Positions 10,130 through 19,533 are shown, counted from the stretch's first letter. The stretch: 52,055 nt of DNA from an uncultured Lutibacter sp. (GCA_964619615.1 CAZUFO010000001.1:1-52055), one strand, 5' to 3'. Numbers and translations: made by a program. The notes: generated by a model from the sequence alone, not told the origin.

Positions 10130-10915
10130 TTAACCTAACTTCTTAATAAACTCTTCACAAGAAAATCCTGGATTTTCAGTTTTCATAAAATTCTCACCAA
10201 TCAAAAATCCGTTAAAACCGTATTCACGCAAACCAATAATTGTTCTAGGATCACTAATACCACTTTCAGAAACTTTGATACAACTATCTGGAATTTGACT
10301 TGCCAATTCAATCGAATGTTCTAAATCGACTTCAAAAGTTTTTAAATTTCTATTATTTATTCCGATGATTTTATCTTCCAACTCAATCTTATCCAAGTCT
10401 TGTTGATTGTGAACTTCGTACAAAACATCCAATCCTAAATCTTCTGCGAGATTCCCGAATTGTTTTAATTCCGATTTTGTTAAACATGCCGCTATCAACA
10501 AAATTGCATCAGCGCCAATTGCTTTTGCTTCAACAATTTGAAATCCATCAACAATAAAATCTTTTCTTAGAATCGGTTTTGTTTGGTTGATTTCTCTAGC
10601 TTGTACCAAATCTAAAAGTGTTCCTCCGAAAAACTCTTTATCGGTCAAAATAGATTGTGCTGAAACACCGGCTTTCAAATAACCTTCGGTTACTTCTTGT
10701 ATTGAAACCTTATCATTTATAATTCCTTTTGAAGGAGATTGCCTTTTAAACTCAGCAATAATTCCTGAACTCTTTGGGTCCAATAATTCTCTCTTCAATG
10801 AAATTGGAGTACGTTTAAACCCTGGGCTTTTCACCAAAGTACTGACTTCAATTTCTGTTTTTAATTGCGCAACTTCTTGCTTTTTATGTGCTATTATTTT
10901 GTCTAAAATATTCAT
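10130..10915 (-). CDS. trpC: Indole-3-glycerol phosphate synthase
   Basis: IAEFKRQSPSKG, LRKDF, GINNRNL, VSESGI; start placed at MNILDKI because ATG 10930 is part of the repeat. Confidence 0.96.
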   Translation of the reverse strand: MNILDKIIAHKKQEVAQLKTEIEVSTLVKSPGFKRTPISLKRELLDPKSSGIIAEFKRQSPSKGIINDKVSIQEVTEGYLKAGVSAQSILTDKEFFGGTLLDLVQAREINQTKPILRKDFIVDGFQIVEAKAIGADAILLIAACLTKSELKQFGNLAEDLGLDVLYEVHNQQDLDKIELEDKIIGINNRNLKTFEVDLEHSIELASQIPDSCIKVSESGISDPRTIIGLREYGFNGFLIGENFMKTENPGFSCEEFIKKLG

Positions 10916-10924
10916 ATTTTCTTC

Positions 10925-11000
10925 TGTCATTCCTGCGAAAGCAGGAATCTATTTAATTCTTCTTTACATTTTATGAGATTCCTCTTTCGCAGGAATGACA
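10925..11000. repeat. REP-like palindromic doublet (GAAA-loop type)
   Basis: TGTCATTCCTGCGAAAGCAGGAATCT ... AGATTCCTCTTTCGCAGGAATGACA. Confidence 0.92.
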
Positions 11001-11001
11001 A

Positions 11002-11991
11002 CTAATTCGTAATTAATTTAGTTAAACACTCTTTTGCTTTCAATTCAAACAAAGAATTTTTCGCTTCTTCAAAAGCTGCATCAAACGATTTAGAATCATC
11101 AACTATTTGTAGGGCAATCGCAGCATTTGTCAACACCACATTATTTTGAGCATCTGAACCATTTCCATCCAAAATGATTTTAAATATTTTAGCGGCTTCT
11201 ACAACAGAATTTCCTCCATAAATTTCTGATTGCTGAATTCGTTTTTGTCCCAAATCTTCTGGAGTTATTATCTGTTCTCCTTTTCTAGTAAAAAGTTTAA
11301 AACTACCTGTTAAAGATATTTCATCATAACCATCCAACGCATAAACTACTCCATAATTTGTGTTCTCTTCTTGTAAAATATAATTATACAAACGCGCAAT
11401 CTCCAAATTAAATGTCCCTAATAATTGATTTTGTGGCGAACTAGGGTTTACCAAAGGGCCCAATATATTAAAGAAAGTTTTTAACGCCAAAGCTTTTCTA
11501 GTTGGCCCAACTGCTTTCATTGCTGGATGAAATTTTGGCGCATGCAAGAAACAGATATTTGCTTTTTCTAAATGCTGCTTCAATATATTTTCATCATTGG
11601 TGAATTTATACCCGAAACTTTCTAACATATCAGACGAACCTGATTTTGAAGACACAGAATAATTACCATGTTTTGCTACTTTCTGTCCAGTTCCAGCAAC
11701 AATGAACGACGTTAGCGTTGAAATATTAAAGGTGTCTTTTCCATCGCCACCAGTACCAACAATATCAATAGTATTATAATCTGATAAATCTACTTTTATT
11801 GCCAATTCTAATAATGCTTCTCGGAATCCACTTAACTCGTCAGCAGTAATTGGACGCATCATAAAAACGGTCATAAAAGATGCCAAATGTGCATCATTAT
11901 ACTGCTCTTTTGCAATATTGATGAGCACTTCTTTGGCCTGATTTTTTGTTAGCCTTTTATGCTGATATAGTTGATTTAGTAAATCTTTCAT
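11002..11991 (-). CDS. trpD: Anthranilate phosphoribosyltransferase
   Basis: DIVGTGGDG, FNIST, KHGNYSVSSKSGSSD, FNILGPLVNP. Confidence 0.97.
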   Translation of the reverse strand: MKDLLNQLYQHKRLTKNQAKEVLINIAKEQYNDAHLASFMTVFMMRPITADELSGFREALLELAIKVDLSDYNTIDIVGTGGDGKDTFNISTLTSFIVAGTGQKVAKHGNYSVSSKSGSSDMLESFGYKFTNDENILKQHLEKANICFLHAPKFHPAMKAVGPTRKALALKTFFNILGPLVNPSSPQNQLLGTFNLEIARLYNYILQEENTNYGVVYALDGYDEISLTGSFKLFTRKGEQIITPEDLGQKRIQQSEIYGGNSVVEAAKIFKIILDGNGSDAQNNVVLTNAAIALQIVDDSKSFDAAFEEAKNSLFELKAKECLTKLITN

Positions 11992-11998
11992 TCTTCTT

Positions 11999-12059
11999 TG
12001 TTATTCCTGAGAAAGCAGGAATCTGTTTTATGCGACTCTGAAACAAGTTCAGAGTGACG
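11999..12059. repeat. Hybrid REP-like doublet (GAAA-type left half plus GAACTTGTTTC-type right half)
   Basis: TGTTATTCCTGAGAAAGCAGGAATCT ... CGACTCTGAAACAAGTTCAGAGTGACG. Confidence 0.9.
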
Positions 12060-12060
12060 C

Positions 12061-12639
12061 TCATTTTGAATTTGCTTCAATAAAATTTCTAACAATTTGC
12101 TCTCCAACATCTGTCAAAATTGATTCTGGATGAAACTGAACCGCATTTATATTAAACTTTTTATGACGAATCGCCATAATTCCTCCATCTTCATCAACAG
12201 CAGTTATTTCTAATTCGTTTGGCAAACTATCTTTGTCTGCAATCCAAGAATGATATCTTGCCGCAGGAAATTTATTTGGGACTCCTTGAAACAAAACGGT
12301 ATCTTCTTTTATTACTTCCATTTCAGTTGCAACGCCATGAAATACTTCGTCCATATTTAGAATTTTTCCGCCAAACACTTCTGTAATTGCTTGTAAACCT
12401 AAACAAACTCCAAAAATTGGTTTCTTACCTGCGTACGTTTTAATCACTTCTTTTAAGATTCCTGCTTCATCTGGAATTCCAGGCCCTGGTGATAACATTA
12501 TGATGTCATAATTTCCAACATCTGAAATCGAAATTTCATCATTACGAAACACCGTAGGAAAAACTCCTGTAATTTTTTCCACCATGTGTACCAAATTATA
12601 GGTAAACGAATCGTAATTGTCTAGTATTAATATGTTCAT
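12061..12639 (-). CDS. trpG: Anthranilate synthase component II (glutamine amidotransferase)
   Basis: DNYDSFTYNL, SPGPG, GVCLG, RYHS, QFHPES. Confidence 0.96.
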   Translation of the reverse strand: MNILILDNYDSFTYNLVHMVEKITGVFPTVFRNDEISISDVGNYDIIMLSPGPGIPDEAGILKEVIKTYAGKKPIFGVCLGLQAITEVFGGKILNMDEVFHGVATEMEVIKEDTVLFQGVPNKFPAARYHSWIADKDSLPNELEITAVDEDGGIMAIRHKKFNINAVQFHPESILTDVGEQIVRNFIEANSK

Positions 12640-12649
12640 TTTATTCAAA

Positions 12650-12708
12650 AATTGAATGATTGAAATATTAAAAATTCTTAAATCTTTTAATTTTTCAATC
12701 CTTTAATA
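12650..12708. repeat. Degenerate octamer repeat array with inverted arms
   Basis: attgaatg attgaaat attaaaaa / tcttaaat cttttaat ttttcaat cctttaat. Confidence 0.55.
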
Positions 12709-12710
12709 AC

Positions 12711-14102
12711 TTATATCTTTTCAGCCATAAATAACGCTTTCTTAAGCGCTGCTAATTTATTATTTACTTCCTGTAATTCTTTTTGTTCATCACTGTGTAT
12801 TACAATTCCTGCTCCTGCTTGATAATACAGTGTATTGTTTTTACTTACAAAAGAACGAATTGCAATTGCCAAATTTACCGAACCATCTAGTCCTATAATT
12901 CCAACTGCTCCACCATAAAATCCTCTTGATTGATTTTCGTATTTATCAATCAGTTGCATCGCCTTATATTTGGGTGCTCCACTTAAAGTCCCCGCAGGAA
13001 ATGTGTCACCCACAATTTCAATTGGATCTCCTTTTATTTCACCTTGTACTGTTGATACCAAATGAATAACATGGCTAAAATATTGCACTTCTTTAAATAC
13101 CTCAACTTTTACATTATTGGCATGCTTGCTCAAATCGTTTCGAGCCAAATCTACCAGCATAACATGTTCTGCAGTTTCCTTTTTATCTTCTGATAATTTA
13201 TTGCCCAACTTAATATCTTCTGCCATATTACCCGTTCGCCTATAAGTTCCAGCAATCGGATTGATAATTGCTTTTCCTTTTGATATTTTTATCTGTGCTT
13301 CTGGTGATGAACCCATCAATTTAAAACTTCCATAATCAAAATAGAATAAATAAGGTGATGGATTTATTGACCGCAATGCTCTATAAACATTAAATTCATC
13401 GCCTTTAAATGATTGACGAAATTGCCTCGATAACACCAATTGAAAAACGTCGCCTCTTTTACAATGTGCTTTTCCTTTTTTTACGTACTCTATAAAATCA
13501 TCATCTGTACAATTCGAAGATTCCTCACCTACTATTTCAAAATTTTGAGTATTAAAAGTCTGCGCGTCTATGATTGTTTTAATTTCATCAATTCTTGAAT
13601 CTGTTCCTTCTTCTACATTTTCAATCAGAATCATTTCATCATTAAAATGATTAATGGCTATTACAAATCGATAAAAACTATATTGCAATAATGGGATTGC
13701 TGATGGGGCATCTGGATTATTAAACGTAATGTTTTCAAAATACTGAACACTATCAAATGTATTGTAGCCATACAAACCATTGAATGATTTTAAGGAAGCA
13801 TCACAATCCAACGCAATAAAATTTGAATAGGTATTAAACAAATCATAAAAATTATTGCTGATTTTTTCTTCTTCAATTTTCACTCCGTTATGACTTAAAG
13901 ACAACACATGATTGTCTGCTTTAATAGTCACCATCGGTTCAATAGCTATAAAAGAAAAACTCTCTTCTTTACTGTGATAATCTGAACTTTCGAGCAATAA
14001 CGTATTCGCATATACATCGCGTAATCGCAAATACAAACCTACCGGAGTAACCGTATCTGCCATTCTCTTTTTAGTAATCGTTTTAAAATTGATTCTTTTC
14101 AT
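12711..14102 (-). CDS. trpE: Anthranilate synthase component I
   Basis: LLES, NPSPY, GSSPE, PIAGT, EHVMLVDLARND, FPAGTLSGAPK. Confidence 0.97.
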   Translation of the reverse strand: MKRINFKTITKKRMADTVTPVGLYLRLRDVYANTLLLESSDYHSKEESFSFIAIEPMVTIKADNHVLSLSHNGVKIEEEKISNNFYDLFNTYSNFIALDCDASLKSFNGLYGYNTFDSVQYFENITFNNPDAPSAIPLLQYSFYRFVIAINHFNDEMILIENVEEGTDSRIDEIKTIIDAQTFNTQNFEIVGEESSNCTDDDFIEYVKKGKAHCKRGDVFQLVLSRQFRQSFKGDEFNVYRALRSINPSPYLFYFDYGSFKLMGSSPEAQIKISKGKAIINPIAGTYRRTGNMAEDIKLGNKLSEDKKETAEHVMLVDLARNDLSKHANNVKVEVFKEVQYFSHVIHLVSTVQGEIKGDPIEIVGDTFPAGTLSGAPKYKAMQLIDKYENQSRGFYGGAVGIIGLDGSVNLAIAIRSFVSKNNTLYYQAGAGIVIHSDEQKELQEVNNKLAALKKALFMAEKI

Positions 14103-14112
14103 TTCGCTTTCT

Positions 14113-14203
14113 TGTCATTGCGAAGCAAATTTTATTTGCTGTGGCAATCTGTTTATTTATTGAGATACTTCGTTCCGATAATTATCGGAACCGCTCAGTC
14201 ACC
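14113..14203. repeat. REP-like doublet with nested palindrome in trpE 5' UTR
   Basis: TGTCATTGCGAAGC..GTGGCAATCT left half; right half ACTTCG-[TTCCGATAATTATCGGAA]-CCGCTCAGT. Confidence 0.75.
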
Positions 14204-14239
14204 ATAACTCGCTTTTATAAAGGTATCATTTTGTTAAAT

Positions 14240-14272
14240 AAAAAAAAGGCTTATCGTGAGATAAGCCTTTTT
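14240..14272 (-). terminator. trp attenuator terminator hairpin
   Basis: AAAAGGCTTATC-tcac-GATAAGCC followed by a T8 run on the minus strand, between leader peptide and trpE. Confidence 0.9.
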
Positions 14273-14312
14273 GATTTTATAGTATAAATATCATATAGTC
14301 GTTATTTCTCAC

Positions 14313-14363
14313 TTATCGTTTAAGAGAGTTCCACCACCAAATGCTATTTTTAAAAATTGTCAT
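14313..14363 (-). CDS. trpL: trp operon leader peptide MTIFKNSIWWWNSLKR
   Basis: 16-aa ORF with three tandem TGG codons, upstream of terminator and trpE. Confidence 0.93.
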   Translation of the reverse strand: MTIFKNSIWWWNSLKR

Positions 14364-14382
14364 TGTTTGTTTTATTACACTA

Positions 14383-14390
14383 CAAATGTA
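14383..14390 (-). promoter_or_regulatory. Bacteroidota -7 promoter element (TACATTTG) for trp leader
   Basis: Matches TAnnTTTG, 19 nt upstream of the leader ATG. Confidence 0.75.
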
Positions 14391-14603
14391 ACATAGATTT
14401 TAAATAAATCAAACAAATATTACAAAAAAAATTACTTCTGTTTAAAAATGATAGACATATCATAAGATACTAATTTTTTAGTTACATATTTCAAATATTA
14501 ATCGTGTTTTATGTTATAAATTATAACTTAATATGTTATTTTTATTTATAAATTGAAATAATAAATCGTTATTTGCATCGTATTTAAAACAAAATAGAAA
14601 ATT

Positions 14604-16268
14604 ATGTGCGGAATTGTATGTGCGTTCGACTTAAAAGAAAAATCAGAAGTTTTAAGACCTCAATTATTAGAGATGTCTAAAAAAATTCGTCACCGTGGTC
14701 CAGACTGGAGCGGAATATATAGTGATGATAAAGCAATTTTATCTCATGAACGCTTATCGATTGTTGACCCAGTTTCAGGAAAACAACCGCTATTTAGCGA
14801 AGATAGAAAGTTGGTGTTGGCTGCAAATGGAGAAATTTATAACCATAGAGAATTGCGTAAGCAGTTTGACGGTAAATACAATTTTCAAACAGAATCTGAT
14901 TGCGAAGTTATTTTAGCCTTATACAAAGAAAAAGGAGTTGATTTTATTGATGAAATGAACGGAATCTTTGGTTTTGCTATTTATGATGTTGAAAAAGACG
15001 AATATTTTATTGCACGTGATCATATGGGAATTATTCCTTTATATATTGGCTGGGATGAAAACGGAACATTTTACGTTGCCTCAGAATTGAAAGCGTTGGA
15101 AGGTGTTTGCACCAAAATTGAGCTGTTTCCTCCGGGGCATTATATGAGCAGTAAAGATGGTAAATATGTACAATGGTACAAAAGAGAATGGATTGACTAT
15201 GATGCTGTAAAAGAAAACCAAACCAGTATTGACGAATTACATGATGCGCTAGAAGCAGCGGTTCACAGACAATTAATGTCTGATGTTCCTTATGGCGTAT
15301 TATTATCAGGCGGATTAGATTCTTCAGTTATATCAGCCATCGCAAAAAAATATGCCGAAAAAAGAATTGAGTCTAACGACACCCAAGATGCTTGGTGGCC
15401 ACAACTCCACTCTTTTTCTGTTGGATTAGATGGCTCTCCAGATTTAGCAGCGGCACAGTTAGTTGCAGATCATATTGGTACAATTCATCACGAAATAAAA
15501 TTTACAATTCAAGAAGGGTTAGATGCCATAAAAGATGTTGTTTATAACTTAGAAACTTATGATGTAACAACAATTAGAGCTTCAACTCCCATGTATTTAA
15601 TGGCGAGAGTAATTAAATCTATGGGTGTAAAAATGGTTTTATCTGGTGAAGGAGCAGACGAATTATTTGGTGGTTATTTATACTTTCATAAAGCACCAAA
15701 TGCAAGAGAATTTCACGAAGAAACAGTTCGTAAATTAGAAAAGTTGCATATGTACGATTGTTTAAGAGCCAATAAATCTTTAGCTTCTTGGGGAATTGAA
15801 GGGCGTGTTCCATTTTTGGATAAAGAATTTATGGATGTTGCAATGCGCATCAATCCACAAGACAAAATGATTAATGGTGAGCGTATGGAAAAATGGGTCA
15901 TCAGAAAAGCATTTGAAAAATATTTACCAGAAAGCGTTGCTTGGAGACAAAAAGAACAATTTTCTGATGGAGTAGGATATTCTTGGATTGATACTTTAAA
16001 AGAAGTGGTTGCAAAAGAGGTCAGCGACGAACAATTGGCAAATGCTAAATACAAGTTCCCAATTCAAACGCCGACATCAAAAGAAGAGTTTTATTACCGC
16101 TCAATTTTTGCAGAACACTTCCCTTCAGATACCGCTGCATTGTGTGTACCTCAAGAAGCATCCGTTGCTTGTAGTACAAAAATTGCATTGGAATGGGACG
16201 AATCATTTAAAAACATGAATGACCCAAGTGGGCGTGCTGTTGCAAATGTGCATGATGATGCTTATTAA
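14604..16268 (+). CDS. asnB: Asparagine synthetase B (glutamine-hydrolysing)
   Basis: N-terminal MCGI, RHRGPDWSG, LLSGGLDSS, SGEGADE, RVPFLD. Confidence 0.98.
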   Translation: MCGIVCAFDLKEKSEVLRPQLLEMSKKIRHRGPDWSGIYSDDKAILSHERLSIVDPVSGKQPLFSEDRKLVLAANGEIYNHRELRKQFDGKYNFQTESDCEVILALYKEKGVDFIDEMNGIFGFAIYDVEKDEYFIARDHMGIIPLYIGWDENGTFYVASELKALEGVCTKIELFPPGHYMSSKDGKYVQWYKREWIDYDAVKENQTSIDELHDALEAAVHRQLMSDVPYGVLLSGGLDSSVISAIAKKYAEKRIESNDTQDAWWPQLHSFSVGLDGSPDLAAAQLVADHIGTIHHEIKFTIQEGLDAIKDVVYNLETYDVTTIRASTPMYLMARVIKSMGVKMVLSGEGADELFGGYLYFHKAPNAREFHEETVRKLEKLHMYDCLRANKSLASWGIEGRVPFLDKEFMDVAMRINPQDKMINGERMEKWVIRKAFEKYLPESVAWRQKEQFSDGVGYSWIDTLKEVVAKEVSDEQLANAKYKFPIQTPTSKEEFYYRSIFAEHFPSDTAALCVPQEASVACSTKIALEWDESFKNMNDPSGRAVANVHDDAY

Positions 16269-16294
16269 ATAAAAGCACCTATTCAATTATTTAA

Positions 16295-16324
16295 AAATCC
16301 TTCAAGTTTTACTTGGAGGATTTC
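16295..16324 (+). terminator. Putative terminator after asnB
   Basis: AAATCCTTCAAGT-ttt-ACTTGGAGGATTT hairpin. Confidence 0.6.
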
Positions 16325-16370
16325 TTATATTTGACAAACTCAAAATTTTTATACCTAAATTTTATCAAAA

Positions 16371-18179
16371 ATGAAAAAAATATTTTTATCTACACTAATC
16401 ATTGCTACATTAATAAGCTGTAAAACTGACTCAAAAGTTAACAGCACTACTAAAGTTGATGCGCAAACATTTTTAAATGAGTACACGGAAAAATTTCAAA
16501 AATTATATTACGCATCAGCAGAGGCAGAATGGGCTGCAAATACACATATTGTTGCTGGAGATACATTAAATGCATATAACGTACAAGTTACAGGTGAAGC
16601 AATTGCTAAATTTACTGGAAGTAAAGAGGTAATTGAAAAAACACGTGCTTTTTTAGAGCAAAAAGACCAATTAGAATTGGTTCAAATTAGACAATTAGAA
16701 GGAATTTTATACAGCGCTGCTAATAATCCACAAACAGTTTCAGAAATTGTATCAAAAAGAATTGCTGCAGAATCTGCTCAAAATGAAACCTTATTTGGTT
16801 TTGATTTTAAAGTTGATGGTAATTCAACTACTACTGGAGATATTGATGCTATTTTAAGAGAATCAGATGATTTATCTGTCCGATTAAAAAACTGGGAAGC
16901 ATCTAAAGAAGTCGGAATAGAATTAAAAGGAGGACTTGAAAACTTAGTTGCGCTTCGTAATCAAACGGTACAAGCCTTGGGTTATGATGATTATTTCTCT
17001 TACCAAGTTTCTGAATATGGAATGACACGCGGAGAAATGATGGTTGAAATGAAAAAAATGGTACAAGAAGTTTGGCCTTTATTTCGTGAACTACATACTT
17101 GGACACGTTATAATTTAGCGAATAAATACAAACAAGAAGTTCCTGAATATCTTCCTGCGCATTGGTTACCAAACAGATGGGGACAAGATTGGAGTGCTTT
17201 GGTAAATGTTGAAGGATTGGATTTAGATTCGGCATTAAAAGATAAAGATCCTGAATGGATGGTAAAAGAGGGTGAAGACTTTTTTGTAAGCATTGGATTT
17301 GATCCGTTACCAAAAAGTTTTTATGAAAAATCAAGTATGTTTCCGCTACCTGCTGGAACCAATTATAAGAAAAACAATCACGCAAGCGCATGGCATATGG
17401 ATTTAGAAAATGATTTGCGTTGTTTAATGAGTATCGACCCAACTGCAGAATATTATGAAACTATTCATCATGAATTAGGACATATTTATTATTACCAAGC
17501 CTATACAAATCCAGACGTGCCAGTACTTTTAAGGGGTGGCGCAAATAGAGGTTATCATGAAGCTTTCGGTAGTTTGTTAGGGCTGGCAGCAATGCAACAA
17601 CCATTTTTAGCAGCAAAAGGATTAGTTGATGCAGATGCAAAAGTTGATAAAATGCAATCTTTATTAAAAGATGCTTTAAACTATGTTGTTTTTTTACCCT
17701 TTTCTGCTGGTGTAATGCCTGAGTTTGAAAATTCTTTGTATGCCGAAAATCTTTCAAAAGATGAATACAACAAGAAATGGTGGGAATTGGCAAAGAAATA
17801 CCAAGGAATGGTTCCACCATCAGAGAGAGGGGAAGAATTTTGTGATGCTGCTTCAAAAACACACATCAATAATGATGCGGCACAATATTATGATTATGCA
17901 ATTTCATATATTTTATTATTCCAATTTCACGACCATATTGCAAAAAATATATTAAAACAAGACCCGCATGCAACCAATTATTTTGGAAGTAAAGAAGTAG
18001 GAACTTTTTTATATGACATTATGAAACAAGGCGCTAACTGCGATTGGAATGAAGTATTAAAAGAAAACTTAGGAAGCGGCATGAGTGCAAAACCTATGTT
18101 AGATTATTTTGCTCCTTTAATGGATTATTTAAAAGAACAAAATAAAGGAAGAGAACATACGCTGCCAGAAAGTATTTAA
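16371..18179 (+). CDS. M2 family metallopeptidase (peptidyl-dipeptidase A / ACE-like) lipoprotein
   Basis: Lipobox LISC; HASAW, HHELGH zinc motif, GAN.G.HEA, PAHWL.N.WGQ.W. Confidence 0.92.
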   Translation: MKKIFLSTLIIATLISCKTDSKVNSTTKVDAQTFLNEYTEKFQKLYYASAEAEWAANTHIVAGDTLNAYNVQVTGEAIAKFTGSKEVIEKTRAFLEQKDQLELVQIRQLEGILYSAANNPQTVSEIVSKRIAAESAQNETLFGFDFKVDGNSTTTGDIDAILRESDDLSVRLKNWEASKEVGIELKGGLENLVALRNQTVQALGYDDYFSYQVSEYGMTRGEMMVEMKKMVQEVWPLFRELHTWTRYNLANKYKQEVPEYLPAHWLPNRWGQDWSALVNVEGLDLDSALKDKDPEWMVKEGEDFFVSIGFDPLPKSFYEKSSMFPLPAGTNYKKNNHASAWHMDLENDLRCLMSIDPTAEYYETIHHELGHIYYYQAYTNPDVPVLLRGGANRGYHEAFGSLLGLAAMQQPFLAAKGLVDADAKVDKMQSLLKDALNYVVFLPFSAGVMPEFENSLYAENLSKDEYNKKWWELAKKYQGMVPPSERGEEFCDAASKTHINNDAAQYYDYAISYILLFQFHDHIAKNILKQDPHATNYFGSKEVGTFLYDIMKQGANCDWNEVLKENLGSGMSAKPMLDYFAPLMDYLKEQNKGREHTLPESI

Positions 18180-18191
18180 ATAATTTTGACT

Positions 18192-18229
18192 AAAAACAAA
18201 ACCCGCCAATTGGCGGGTTTTGTTTTTTT
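18192..18229. terminator. Bidirectional intrinsic terminator
   Basis: AAAAACAAAACCCGCC-aatt-GGCGGGTTTTGTTTTT between convergent genes. Confidence 0.88.
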
Positions 18230-18232
18230 ATT

Positions 18233-18261
18233 GAGATTCTTCACTTACGTTCAGAATGACA
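18233..18261 (-). repeat. Single REP-like half element after trxB stop
   Basis: Minus strand TGTCATTCTGAACGTAAGTGAAGAATCTC; same tag and foot as other copies. Confidence 0.8.
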
Positions 18262-18268
18262 ATTCACT

Positions 18269-19216
18269 TTATAATAAGGCTCCCAAATAACGTTCAGAAT
18301 CTAAAGCAGCCATACATCCAGTTCCAGCAGCAGTTACTGCTTGTCGGTATTCATGATCTTGCACATCACCAGCAGCAAATACACCCGGTAAATTGGTTTT
18401 TGTAGATTTTCCTTTGGTGATTAAATAACCAACTTCATTCATATCTAAAACGCCTTTAAATAGTTCTGTATTTGGTTTATGACCAATTGCAATAAAAACT
18501 CCTGTAACAGGAATCTCATGTTTCTTGTTGGTTTGATTATTAACTACACGGACTCCATTAACTACATTATCACCTAACACTTCATCTAATTCAGTATTAT
18601 ATAAAACAGTAATATTTTCTGTTTTTTCAACACGATGTTGCATCGCTTTAGAAGCACGCATATAATCTTTACGCACAAGAATCGTAACTGTTTTACATAT
18701 GTTTGATAAATAAGTTGCTTCTTCTGCAGCGGTATCTCCAGCTCCAACAACAATTACATCTTGCCCTTTGTAAAAGAAACCATCGCAAGTGGCACAAGCC
18801 GAAACGCCTCCACCTATTAATCGTTGCTCACTCTCTAACCCTAAATATTTAGCAGTTGCTCCTGTTGAAATAATTACAGTTTCTGCTTCAATCTTCTTAT
18901 TTTCATCAACAACTATCTTGTGAATTCCGCCAACTTCGTTACTAAATTCAACTTTAGTTACCAATCCAAATCTAACTTCTGTACCAAAACGTTCTGCTTG
19001 ATTTTTAAAATCTTCCATCATCATCGTTCCATCTGTTCCTTTTGGATATCCTGGATAATTATCAACCTCAGTTGTGGTTGTTAGCTGACCACCCATTTGC
19101 ATTCCCGTGTACATTACAGGTTTTAAATCTGCTCTTGCAGCGTATATTGCTGCGGTATATCCTGCAGGTCCTGAACCAATAATTAAGCACTTTATTCTTT
19201 CTATTGTATCTGACAT
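18269..19216 (-). CDS. trxB: Thioredoxin-disulfide reductase
   Basis: IIGSGPAG, CATCDG active site, GVFAAGD. Confidence 0.97.
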   Translation of the reverse strand: MSDTIERIKCLIIGSGPAGYTAAIYAARADLKPVMYTGMQMGGQLTTTTEVDNYPGYPKGTDGTMMMEDFKNQAERFGTEVRFGLVTKVEFSNEVGGIHKIVVDENKKIEAETVIISTGATAKYLGLESEQRLIGGGVSACATCDGFFYKGQDVIVVGAGDTAAEEATYLSNICKTVTILVRKDYMRASKAMQHRVEKTENITVLYNTELDEVLGDNVVNGVRVVNNQTNKKHEIPVTGVFIAIGHKPNTELFKGVLDMNEVGYLITKGKSTKTNLPGVFAAGDVQDHEYRQAVTAAGTGCMAALDSERYLGALL

Positions 19217-19416
19217 AATTTCATCATTTTATTGTGAAACAAAAATAGAATATTTCCTTTTTTCTACTTGATTTTGTTTATAAGTTTTTACAATGCATTT
19301 ATAACTTTATCTAATAGACGCTTTTGACGTTAGATACCCTAAACATTACACTAAAATACTTTCTAAAGGCATTGATAAATTAATAATATATTATATATTT
19401 GCAACCCGAAAAACTT

Positions 19417-19494
19417 CGGGGTGTAGCGTAGCCCGGTTATCGCGCCTCGTTTGGGACGAGGAGGTCGCAGGTTCGAATCCTGCCACCCCGACCA
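19417..19494 (+). tRNA. tRNA-Pro (anticodon TGG)
   Basis: Acceptor stem CGGGGTG/CACCCCG, anticodon arm CCTCG-tttggga-CGAGG, GTTCGAATCC T-loop, encoded CCA; TATATTTG promoter at 19394-19401. Confidence 0.97.
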
Positions 19495-19497
19495 TTT

Positions 19498-19533
19498 AAA
19501 ACCCTTTCAAACATTGTTTGTAAGGGTTTTTTT
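19498..19533 (+). terminator. Terminator after tRNA-Pro
   Basis: AAAACCCTT..CAAACA/TGTTTG..AAGGGTTTTTT. Confidence 0.8.

Noticed and set aside
10916-10930. trpC start at 10930 (MTEEN extension)
   Set aside because: That ATG is the ATGACA end of the repeat; MNILDKI at 10915 is the family-typical start
6256-14203. Repeats with variable spacers as a CRISPR array
   Set aside because: Dispersed, inverted doublets rather than tandem direct repeats; no cas genes
19280-19315. OxyR-like tandem boxes upstream of trxB
   Set aside because: Spacing and sequence deviate from consensus; AT-rich background
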